Shown: piece by piece, positions 8,761-17,256 of the stretch | How the letters are laid out: each line of letters begins with the position of its first letter | How positions within the stretch are numbered: position 1 is the stretch's first letter | The notes under the pieces: generated by a model | The model's input: the letters and a program-made list of their open reading frames with translations, nothing else | Told to the model about the DNA's origin: nothing | The model's database searches: none | Origin: a virus | UHGV virus genome: UHGV-0198133 | Strand: one strand, 5' to 3' | Length of the DNA stretch: 21,885 nucleotides | Made by a program: the position numbers and the translations under genes

Positions 8761-9614
8761 GCACCATCCTGAAATGGGCGGGTAATAAAACTGCCATTAT
8801 GTCCGAACTGAAAAAATACCTTCCTGCTGGCCCGCGACTGGTTGAACCTTTCGCGGGTTCCTGTGCAGTGATGATGGAGACGGATTACCCCAGCTATCTG
8901 GTTGCGGATATTAATCCTGATTTAATCAACCTCTATAAAAAGGTTGCTGCTGATTGTGAATCGTTTATATCTCGCGCCAGAGTTTTATTTGAGATCGCAA
9001 ACAGGGAGGTGGCTTATTACAACATAAGGCAGGAGTTTAATTACTCAACTGAAATTACTGATTTCATGAAAGCGGTATATTTCCTGTATCTCAATCGTCA
9101 CGGTTACCGTGGTTTATGTCGCTATAACAAGAGCGGGCATTTCAACATTCCCTACGGTAATTATAAAAATCCGTATTTCCCTGAAAAAGAAATTCGCGCA
9201 TTTGCAGAAAAAGCCCAGCGAGCAACGTTTATCTGCGCCAGCTTTGATGAAACGCTGGCGATGTTGAAGGCAGGGGATGTGGTGTATTGCGATCCGCCGT
9301 ATGACGGTACGTTTTCCGGCTATCACACTGATGGTTTCACTGAAGATGACCAGTATCACCTGGCATCCGTTCTTGAACATCGGTCATCAGAAGGACATCC
9401 GGTCATTGTTTCTAACAGTGACACATCCCTGATCCGTTCGCTGTATCGCAATTTTACTCACCACTATATCAAGGTAAAACGCAGCATCGGTGTGGCAGCT
9501 GGCGAGGGTAAATCAGCAACAGAAATCATTGCTGTTTCCGGGCCGCGCTGCTGGGTGGGATTTGATTATTCGCGTGGCCTGGATAGTTCTGCCGTGTACG
9601 GAGTACGTGCATGA
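8758..9614 (+). CDS. dam: DNA adenine (N6) methyltransferase, Dam-like
   Basis: ILKWAGNK near the N-terminus, FAGS (motif I) and DPPY (motif IV), the order characteristic of Dam-type MTases. True start is ATG 8758 with GGAGG upstream; the longer track ORF from 8697 overlaps the TraR-like gene. Confidence 0.8.
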
Positions 9615-12025
9615 GCCATGCCGATATGAACAACTGCTGCGGCTTTAACGAGGCTGCCGCAGCGTTCTCATGGAACAGCCCGAAAAAGGCCATTAACCCT
9701 TATCTGGACCCGGCGGAAGTTGCGCCGGTTTCTGCGCTTTCAAACCTGATCGCTCTGTACGCTGCCGATAACGAGCAGGAACACCTGCGCCGCGAGGCAC
9801 TGAGTGATCAGGTCTGGGAGCGTTATTTCTTTAATGAATCCCGTGATCCTGTCCAGCGCGAAATGGAGCAGGATAAGCTCATTAGTCGGGCAAAGCTGGC
9901 GCATGAGCAGCAGCGTTTTAATCCAGATATGGTCATTCTGGCGGACGTCAATGCCCAGCCTTCCCATATCAGCAAGCCGCTGATGCAACGTATTGAATAC
10001 TTCAGCAGCTTGGGCAGGCCAAAGGCTTATTCCCGCTATTTGCGTGAGACGATTAAGCCATGTTTGGAGCGACTGGAGCATGTACGCGACAGCCAGCTAT
10101 CTGCATCTTTTCGTTTTATGGCAAGCCATGTAGGGCTGGACGACCTGCTGATTCTGCCTGAAATGAGTCAGGATCAGGTGAAACGCCTGTCTACTCTTGT
10201 CGCTGCGCATATGAGCATGTGTCTTGATGCCGCTTGTGGTGATTTGTACGCCACCGATGATGTTAAGCCAGAAGAAATCCGCAAGACATGGGAAAAGGTG
10301 GCAGCAGAAACCCTGCGACTGGATGTTATCCCGCCTGCGTTTGAGCAACTTCGTCGGAAAAGAAACCGCCGTAAACCCGTGCCCTATGAACTCATTCCGG
10401 GTTCGCTGGCGCGTATGTTGTGCGCCGATTGGTGGTACCGGAAATTATGGAAGATGCGTTGCGAATGGCGGGAAGAGCAGTTGCGTGCTGTTTGCCTGGT
10501 CAGCAAAAAAGCATCTCCCTATGTCAGCTATGAAGCCGTGATGCATAAACGTGAGCAGCGCCGTAAGTCGCTGGAGTTTTTCCGTTCTCATGAACTGGTG
10601 AACGAAGACGGCGACACGCTGGACATGGAGGATGTGGTAAACGCCAGCAGCAGCAACCCGGCGCATCGCCGCAATGAGATGATGGCCTGTGTTAAAGGTC
10701 TGGAGCTTATCGCAGAAATGCGCAGTGACTGTGCCGTTTTCTACACTATCACCTGTCCGTCGCGTTTCCATTCCACGCTCAATAACGGCAGACCAAACCC
10801 GACCTGGACAAACGCGACGGTAAGACAAAGCAGCGATTATCTGGTCGGCATGTTTGCTGCATTTCGTAAGGCTATGCACAAAGCCGGGTTGCGCTGGTAT
10901 GGCGTGCGGGTGGCTGAACCGCATCATGACGGCACAGTTCACTGGCACCTGTTGTGTTTCATGCGCAAAAAAGACCGCCGCGCCATTACTGCATTGTTGC
11001 GTAAGTTTGCCATCCGTGAAGACCGCGAGGAGCTGGGCAATAACACGGGGCTACGCTTTAAGTCTGAGCTGATAAACCCGCGCAAAGGTACGCCAACAAG
11101 CTACATCGCGAAATACATCAGTAAGAACATTGACGGGCGTGGTCTGGCTGGCGAGATCAGCAAGGAAACGGGTAAATCCCTGCGTGATAACGCTGAATAC
11201 GTTAATGCCTGGGCGTCTCTGCATCGTGTTCAGCAATTCCGCTTCTTTGGCATTCCGGGGCGTCAGGCTTACCGTGAACTGCGATTGCTGGCTGGTCAGG
11301 CGGCAAGGCAACAGGGGGACAAAAAAGCAGGTGCGCCGGTACTGGATAACCCGCGCCTTGATGCAATCCTGGCTGCTGCTGATGCTGGTTGTTTTGCCAC
11401 CTACATCATGAAGCAGGGCGGCGTACTGGTTCCCCGCAAATATCACCTCATCAGAACTGCTTATGAAATCAACGAAGAGCCGACCGCCTATGGCGATCAC
11501 GGTATTCGTATTTATGGCATCTGGTCACCCATTGCAGAGGGCAAGATCTGCACTCATGCGGTGAAGTGGAAAATGGTTCGTAAGGCCGTTGACGTTCAGG
11601 AGGCGGCAGCCGACCAGGGCGCTTGCGCCCCTTGGACTCGTGGCAATAACTGTCCCCTTGCTGAAAATTTGAACCAACAGGAGAAAGATAAATCAGCTGA
11701 TGGGGACCCCAGAACGGACATTACCCGCATGGATGACAAGGTGTTGCACGATTACCTGCACAGTATGAACAAAAAGGAGCGCCGGGAATTGGCTGCAAGG
11801 TTACGTCTGGTGAAACCGAAACGGCGTAGAGACTACAAACAGCGAATTACAGACCATCAACGACAGCAGCTCGTCTATGAACTGAAATCCAGAGGATTTG
11901 ATGGCAGCGAGAAAGAGGTCGATTTACTCCTTCGCGGCGGCAGTATTCCGTCAGGAGCAGGCCTGCGTATCTTCTATCGGAACCAGCGTTTGCAGGAAGA
12001 TGATAAGTGGCGGAACCTGTATTAA
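9611..12025 (+). CDS. A: Rolling-circle replication initiator (P2 gpA / 186 RepA family)
   Basis: 804-aa ORF coupled to dam (ATGA overlap). Contains an HUH-like motif ([13 protein letters not shown]) and a twin-tyrosine motif YIAKYISKN resembling phiX174 gpA YVAKYVNK. Confidence 0.85.
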   Translation: MSHADMNNCCGFNEAAAAFSWNSPKKAINPYLDPAEVAPVSALSNLIALYAADNEQEHLRREALSDQVWERYFFNESRDPVQREMEQDKLISRAKLAHEQQRFNPDMVILADVNAQPSHISKPLMQRIEYFSSLGRPKAYSRYLRETIKPCLERLEHVRDSQLSASFRFMASHVGLDDLLILPEMSQDQVKRLSTLVAAHMSMCLDAACGDLYATDDVKPEEIRKTWEKVAAETLRLDVIPPAFEQLRRKRNRRKPVPYELIPGSLARMLCADWWYRKLWKMRCEWREEQLRAVCLVSKKASPYVSYEAVMHKREQRRKSLEFFRSHELVNEDGDTLDMEDVVNASSSNPAHRRNEMMACVKGLELIAEMRSDCAVFYTITCPSRFHSTLNNGRPNPTWTNATVRQSSDYLVGMFAAFRKAMHKAGLRWYGVRVAEPHHDGTVHWHLLCFMRKKDRRAITALLRKFAIREDREELGNNTGLRFKSELINPRKGTPTSYIAKYISKNIDGRGLAGEISKETGKSLRDNAEYVNAWASLHRVQQFRFFGIPGRQAYRELRLLAGQAARQQGDKKAGAPVLDNPRLDAILAAADAGCFATYIMKQGGVLVPRKYHLIRTAYEINEEPTAYGDHGIRIYGIWSPIAEGKICTHAVKWKMVRKAVDVQEAAADQGACAPWTRGNNCPLAENLNQQEKDKSADGDPRTDITRMDDKVLHDYLHSMNKKERRELAARLRLVKPKRRRDYKQRITDHQRQQLVYELKSRGFDGSEKEVDLLLRGGSIPSGAGLRIFYRNQRLQEDDKWRNLY

Positions 12026-12095
12026 TTACGCTGGTTAACAATTCGTGCTCTTAATAATATCAGGCATATCAGGCTGATAAGCGTAAAAAAAACGT

Positions 12096-12138
12096 TTTAC
12101 ATCAGTAAGATTATTATATACTGTAAATATAAACAGTG
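12096..12138 (+). promoter_or_regulatory. Candidate SOS-regulated promoter with LexA box
   Basis: taCTGTaaatataaACAGtg at 12119-12138 fits the LexA box CTGT-N8-ACAG with an AT-rich spacer. Upstream TTTACA (12096-12101) and a 17-nt spacer place the -10 over the box. Confidence 0.5.
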
Positions 12139-12179
12139 GTTATACATACAGTATTGCGTGTGGTGTCATAGGAGGAAAG

Positions 12180-12368
12180 ATGCAGGACTATTTTTTGGAG
12201 TCTTTGAAGCTCCAGCGCATTGATTTTTTTCTTAAGCTTGTAGCGGCTAGTGAGTGCGATGATGAAGAGAAGCGGCTTGCTATCCAGTGGGTTTCGGAGC
12301 TGACCGATGAGTTAATGGCGAAAATCCGTACTCATGAGTACAACCGTTCAATGGATCTCCCCGGTTAG
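12180..12368 (+). CDS. Small SOS-controlled protein, Tum-like antirepressor candidate
   Basis: 62-aa ORF with AGGAGG immediately upstream, downstream of the LexA box, in the position after repA where 186 carries LexA-repressed tum. No sequence-level confirmation. Confidence 0.45.
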   Translation: MQDYFLESLKLQRIDFFLKLVAASECDDEEKRLAIQWVSELTDELMAKIRTHEYNRSMDLPG

Positions 12369-12952
12369 GCTTAGAAACGTTGCTGGCGTTAGGACTTGAT
12401 TCTGACGCTAGCAAGGTTGATCAACGAGCCATGCGAGGCGTTAGTCATGGGAAAAAAATAGTAACTTCCAGATTTTGCTTCGTGCCAGGTATTGAGTAGT
12501 TTTATCGCCAGAGGGGCTGTTAGCGCTCAAACTACTAATGGAGCCACACCTTAGATGAGTGATTTGGCTTAAGCTATGATTATATAGTTTCGCTGTACGG
12601 CGGCCTTGCTTTTTATTGAAGCGACCAGACTGGAACAACGGCGAAAGGAGACTAACGATACGCACCAGTTTTTTGAAAAGGTACAGTTATCTAGATTGGT
12701 TGCCAATTTTCGTTGAAACCTGACATACCATTAGGTCATTGCTTTAGAAAAATTAATACTTGATGTGAGAATTGCTTCAAAACATCTAGAATTAAAGTTT
12801 CTTTACTAGTATGCTTCATCACTTGGTCGTTGGGTTGAGTGCAAAAGCTAAGGCTGATGCCCAGTACGCTATCCGCATTATTGCCAGAGAACCGATTCGA
12901 AACCGGAATCTGGCAGAGCATGGGCGCAAGTGCTGGCTTCCCAACGGCCTCG

Positions 12953-13921
12953 TTATTTATAATATGCTGACTTCAAAACCACTCGTCTTTCAACCTGCTG
13001 TGATAGCATTACCGCGTTAGTCCAATCTTTTGGATACCTTATTTCTTCTATAACACGAATATAAGCACATACTTTATTTTTTCCCTCTCCTTTGGCATAA
13101 GTAACCTCTAGATTATTAAATTTCAATAAGTGCTCTCTTCTTTGGTAAGTAAAACAGCCGTAATCACGGACATCAGAAGAAGTAATAGCATGAGTTGAAG
13201 GAAACCGAACTAGTAAATTTCTCAAGTAGGGAATAATGTCCAAACTCGTTGCTTTGTTTTCTTCTCTGCGACTCTTTCTGAACATATGTCTCCAACCCAG
13301 CCGTGTAAGCTCGATTTTCCCAAGCACCGGAGATGTGATTTCTTTCTGTTCAGAATAACGTTTTTTAACAAACGCTCGCCGATTATTAAGTAGTGAGTTT
13401 CTTCTTCTTACATGGATTCCTTTTGCTCCAGTTTCACCTGCACGTACCATGGACATACAGCGAGCCAGGTCAAACCGTGTGGCCGGAGTGATTAAGTGAT
13501 ATTCTCCATAAGTTTGGTTTTTAAGGGTAGTGTTTGGATGTATATAGGCCCAAAATGCTTTACGATTAGTTCTGTCAACCCAAACGACACATATATGGTG
13601 AGTTGTCCTTTTGGCTGCTTTTTTTGCGGCCGAATTTAATACAAAACCTTTCTCTAATAAATGACCATAAGTTGCCCCTGATTTAACTTGCGATAATATA
13701 AGCATTCTTTCTTTTGATGCCCATGGATGTTCGAAGGATAATATTAAATCTATTTTTGAATTGTCGTCTTCCCTGGAACCCCAGTGCCCCTCTCCTCTAC
13801 AAGCAAGAATGAATTGACTCATTGCATAAGATTCGGCGTCACTGCCGTTAACTGAGTTAAACTGTCTTGTTTCTAGCACAGTTGGTATTGGTCGTGATGC
13901 AAGTAAACTGAAAGATCCCAC
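12953..13921 (-). CDS. Hypothetical AT-rich orphan protein in the repA-cos cargo slot (possible nuclease-like N-terminal domain)
   Basis: 322-aa ORF with GTG start at 13921 preceded by GGAGA (alternative ATG at 13822). N-terminal region has a pattern compatible with a PD-(D/E)xK-like core (E...KIDLILSF...MLILSQVKSG). Flanked by ~580 bp and ~600 bp of non-coding DNA. Confidence 0.5.
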   Translation of the reverse strand: MGSFSLLASRPIPTVLETRQFNSVNGSDAESYAMSQFILACRGEGHWGSREDDNSKIDLILSFEHPWASKERMLILSQVKSGATYGHLLEKGFVLNSAAKKAAKRTTHHICVVWVDRTNRKAFWAYIHPNTTLKNQTYGEYHLITPATRFDLARCMSMVRAGETGAKGIHVRRRNSLLNNRRAFVKKRYSEQKEITSPVLGKIELTRLGWRHMFRKSRREENKATSLDIIPYLRNLLVRFPSTHAITSSDVRDYGCFTYQRREHLLKFNNLEVTYAKGEGKNKVCAYIRVIEEIRYPKDWTNAVMLSQQVERRVVLKSAYYK

Positions 13922-14358
13922 TTATAGTTCTCTCCAAAAAATTGCATAATCTTGAACGCTAAAAAATAGTATACAAACTAAAGTATTTTTTCATTTAATT
14001 CAATGTATTGGCTAAAATTAAGACATTTATAGCTATATGTACTAGATAACATAGCGTTGTTTTCCTTTTGAAATCTCTTCTTGTGGTAACACAACAGTAT
14101 TTACTCAAGTAGTTTGTCACTGCATGGGGAGATTTTGCTATGTCCGCGGCATCATACAGATGCGATAGATTTTCAGCATGACCTTGGGTAGCAAATCTGT
14201 AGGTATCATCCATTGCACCTCAAAGTAACTCTGGTGCATACCTATGCTGCATGAAAATGAATGATCGCTAGTGGATCGTTTAAGTCGAAGCCTGCCAGTT
14301 CTGACGAGCTTTTGCTTATGTTATGCAACTGCATGAAAACCACTACACAAAGCGGGCA

Positions 14359-14377
14359 GGCGTGGCGGGGATACGAG
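14359..14377. other. Candidate cos site
   Basis: GGCGTGGCGGGGA at 14359-14371 matches the first 13 nt of the 19-nt cohesive end I recall for phage 186 (GGCGTGGCGGGGAAAGCAT); the remaining bases diverge. Lies between repA-side and portal-side genes as expected. Confidence 0.4.
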
Positions 14378-14529
14378 CGCGCGCTAAGTCATATAAGAGT
14401 TATATATTGATTTGATTGCTGGACATGCATACAGTATCGCTCTATCATCTAATAAATCTTAGAGTATTTGGCAATGTTTGGATAAAATGGAACCTAACTT
14501 ATTCATAATCCGCTAAACAGGGATGTCAG

Positions 14530-15444
14530 ATGCCATACCAATTGGTAGAGCTTAGCCCCGTAGCTAACGATCTTGAACAGTTAGGAACCAAAGAGAAGTT
14601 TTGGTTCTATTTCTCCGATGACACTGTAAATTTGCAGTTGTTTAAGTACTCTAGGCCAGGTACTGGCGAGCATTGGTCTGAAAAGTGTGCTGCTGAGTTA
14701 TGTCATTTGCTTAACATTCCACATGCTAGCTATGATTTGGCGCGATACAATGGTCGATTCGGTGTGGTGACTCAGAATATCATTCCATCTGGTTTCCGGA
14801 TGGTAATGGGAAATGAAGTGCTTCACAGTTCGACATTCGATTATCCTGGGCCTTTACAAGCCGGGGAAAAGCCGGTAAGGGTCAGAGAACACACTGTCAC
14901 AAGGGTATTGGGTTGTTTGGATAGGGAATCTATCAAGCCTCCTCCGAGTGTATATGATCTAACCGGGCTAAATGCAGCAGATGTATTTTGTGGATATTTG
15001 ATGCTCGATGCACTTGTGAGTAATCAAGATCGCCATCATGAAAATTGGGCGATCATGCTTAACAATGAAACTGGTGAGCAGTTTTTGTGTCCAACATACG
15101 ATCATGCCGCTAGTTTAGGAAGGGAGATGTTAGATGATGAGCGTAACGAACGGCTTAATACTAAAGATAAAAATCGACAAATCCCATGTTTTGTAAGAAA
15201 AGCTCGCTCTGAGCTATTCAAAGCAAAAACTGATAAAAAGCCCTTGCTGACCGTTGAAGCATTTCAACATGCAGTTGAAGGGAGAGTTGCCGCTCGCGAC
15301 CATTGGTTAGGTAAGTTGAGCGTTTTAACAGAAGATTCCATTACAGATGTGTTTAACCAAGTGCCTTCATCGTGTATATCCGACAGTGCACGTAGATTTG
15401 CAACGTTAATGGTAATGGAAAATCGCAGAAGGTTACTAGAATGA
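14530..15444 (+). CDS. HipA-like Ser/Thr protein kinase, compact core only
   Basis: 304-aa ORF. Gly-rich loop LGTKEKFWF (compare HipA GAQEKT), catalytic-loop-like LVSNQDRHHENWA (compare HipA D-x-H-x-K-N) and Mg-binding-like PTYDHAAS 24 residues later (HipA D309 to D332 is 23). No HipA N-terminal subdomain. Confidence 0.6.
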   Translation: MPYQLVELSPVANDLEQLGTKEKFWFYFSDDTVNLQLFKYSRPGTGEHWSEKCAAELCHLLNIPHASYDLARYNGRFGVVTQNIIPSGFRMVMGNEVLHSSTFDYPGPLQAGEKPVRVREHTVTRVLGCLDRESIKPPPSVYDLTGLNAADVFCGYLMLDALVSNQDRHHENWAIMLNNETGEQFLCPTYDHAASLGREMLDDERNERLNTKDKNRQIPCFVRKARSELFKAKTDKKPLLTVEAFQHAVEGRVAARDHWLGKLSVLTEDSITDVFNQVPSSCISDSARRFATLMVMENRRRLLE

Positions 15445-16181
15445 CTAATACAAACTCCGTTTACGTCGCATGGCAGGCACCAGATACCAGAGACTGGCAT
15501 GTTGTTGGTAACTTGCAAGAGCGCAAATCGGGGTATGTTTTCAGGTATACCAAAGGTGCTCTTAAATCTACTAAATTTACAAAGTTTAGCGGCATGAGTG
15601 ATGTTCGTGAAACTTATGTTTCGGAAGAATTGTTTCCTCTTTTTAAAAATCGCCTTTTATCACCGAGACGTCCAGAGTATCCGAGTTTCATTAAATGGCT
15701 TGGATTTGAAGAAGATAAGGTAAATCCTATCGATATTCTTGCTCGCTCGGGAGGCTTACGAAGCACTGATCAGCTGCAGATTTTCAAAAAAATTGATGTT
15801 GATTCTGATGGTAACTTTGAGCATTTTTTCTTCTTACATGGACTTGGTTACTTAAATAGCTTAGCTAATGCTCGTGTATCTGAATTGAAACCGGGGCAAA
15901 TTTTGCGTCTTTGCTTGGATCTTCAAAATGAATACGATGGGGATGCTGTTGTCGTTCGTGCAGATAAACCAGCTGAAATCGTTGGTTACTGCCCTAGGTA
16001 TTTAAGTAATGATATCAAGAAGATGTTATTGGATGATCCAAAATCAATCACTTTAACGGTCGAAAAGATTAGCGATGATGCTCCTCATAACTATCGGTTA
16101 TTATGTAAATTATCAGGAGTACTAAGCCAAGCCTGTCAATCGACGCTGATTCCTCAGGATGAGTTTGAACCTATTGAGTAA
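15441..16181 (+). CDS. HIRAN-like domain protein with unknown N-terminal domain, coupled to the kinase
   Basis: 246-aa ORF whose ATG overlaps the kinase stop (ATGA). C-terminal half (FFLHGLGYL...LQNEYDGDAVVVRADKPAEIVGYCPRYLSNDIKKML) follows the HIRAN pattern seen in HLTF (VVGLRYY...NPYDKNAIKV...VGHLKKELA). Confidence 0.5.
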   Translation: MTNTNSVYVAWQAPDTRDWHVVGNLQERKSGYVFRYTKGALKSTKFTKFSGMSDVRETYVSEELFPLFKNRLLSPRRPEYPSFIKWLGFEEDKVNPIDILARSGGLRSTDQLQIFKKIDVDSDGNFEHFFFLHGLGYLNSLANARVSELKPGQILRLCLDLQNEYDGDAVVVRADKPAEIVGYCPRYLSNDIKKMLLDDPKSITLTVEKISDDAPHNYRLLCKLSGVLSQACQSTLIPQDEFEPIE

Positions 16182-16186
16182 ATGAA

Positions 16187-16212
16187 GAAAAGCCACCAAA
16201 CGGTGGCTTTTC
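16187..16212. terminator. Bidirectional intrinsic terminator between the kinase/HIRAN operon and portal gene Q
   Basis: aaagccacc / ggtggcttt stem with loop aaac, flanked by an A-run upstream and T-run downstream; serves convergent transcripts. Confidence 0.55.
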
Positions 16213-16215
16213 TTA

Positions 16216-17256
16216 TTATGGGACTATATCTAGCGAGTAGGTATTAAACTGTATCGCCTCCTTGCCAAGCCAATCATTCATCTCCTGTAATCGCTTTTGT
16301 AGTGGCATTAGCTCATTTCGGACGAATACACGGCTTGCCTTTTCCACATCCCCAAACCCCCCAACATTATTCGGCATAATCCCCATCATTTGCGGCGGCA
16401 CGCGGTGCGCTGCCATCATGTCATCCCGACTCACGTTCTTGATGTTAAGAAATTCATCCTTCGCCGCGACTTCTGACAATGGGATGATCTGAAGCCCGTC
16501 TTTTTTGCCGTTAGGTGAGTACATAAACAGGTTGCGGAAGTTGCCTGGACCTTTGGCGCTTTTCATCGCGTTGCGGAGGTTGTTCACATCCTCCTGATTC
16601 TGCGCGGCATCGGTCATGTACATGATGAAGCCTGCATGGCTGCCGTTAATGTAATACTTACGGCGGAACAACGTGGCGGACTCGTTGAGCAGGGCTGACG
16701 GAATGGCAGAAAGATAACCGGGCAGGCCGTAGATCTCCTGGTTGATATCCGGTTCCATCAGATGAAAGATGCTGCCTTTCGTGAACTGATACGGCTGCGT
16801 AGTCATGCCGTATTGCACAAACCAGTAGGTATCCAGGTCTAACCCGCGTCGGGTGTATTTTGCCAGAGCAGGCTCAAGGGCGATAACTTCACCGAAGCGG
16901 TTCGTGCGTTTCTCCAGGTAGGCGTTACCAAATACCAGATAGTCCTGCACAAAACGTGAAAAAGCCTGCTGGCTGAGCAGCGGGTGGGGGATGTAGGTAC
17001 TGGTCAGAATGTTGCATTTCACCGCAATTGGTGAACTGTGATGCACGGCGGCGCGGAAGGTGCGCGCCAGTCCGTCAAAGCTTACTGGCGGCTCATACCA
17101 GCGATCTGTCTGTACGCATTCCACATAGTCCAGTAGTTCGCGGCGGTCCAGAACAGGAACGGGATCACCGAAGCTGAATGCTTCGGCTGTAGTTTGACTT
17201 TTATGCTGGATCTGGTTCGTCGACGCAGCGCGGTTCTTCTTACTCTTTCCCATCAA
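16216..17256 (-). CDS. Q: Capsid portal protein (P2 gpQ family)
   Basis: 346-aa ORF (P2 gpQ is about 344 aa), leftward, immediately upstream of and overlapping the terminase gene as in P2. Confidence 0.8.
   Translation of the reverse strand: MMGKSKKNRAASTNQIQHKSQTTAEAFSFGDPVPVLDRRELLDYVECVQTDRWYEPPVSFDGLARTFRAAVHHSSPIAVKCNILTSTYIPHPLLSQQAFSRFVQDYLVFGNAYLEKRTNRFGEVIALEPALAKYTRRGLDLDTYWFVQYGMTTQPYQFTKGSIFHLMEPDINQEIYGLPGYLSAIPSALLNESATLFRRKYYINGSHAGFIMYMTDAAQNQEDVNNLRNAMKSAKGPGNFRNLFMYSPNGKKDGLQIIPLSEVAAKDEFLNIKNVSRDDMMAAHRVPPQMMGIMPNNVGGFGDVEKASRVFVRNELMPLQKRLQEMNDWLGKEAIQFNTYSLDIVP

Noticed and set aside
12369-12952. Possible retron or other ncRNA, and small ORFs 12441-12665 (-), 12736-12921 (-), 12811-13020 (+), in the non-coding stretch after the Tum-like ORF
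   Set aside because: No reverse transcriptase gene is adjacent, no clear msr/msd-like inverted repeats were found beyond one imperfect hairpin, and the small ORFs lack start-site support. Left unannotated.
12953-13921. Old-like or Tin-like exclusion gene at the P2 tin/old position
   Set aside because: No Walker A (GxxxxGK[ST]) motif as in Old; size and sequence do not match Tin as recalled. Kept as an uncharacterised orphan.
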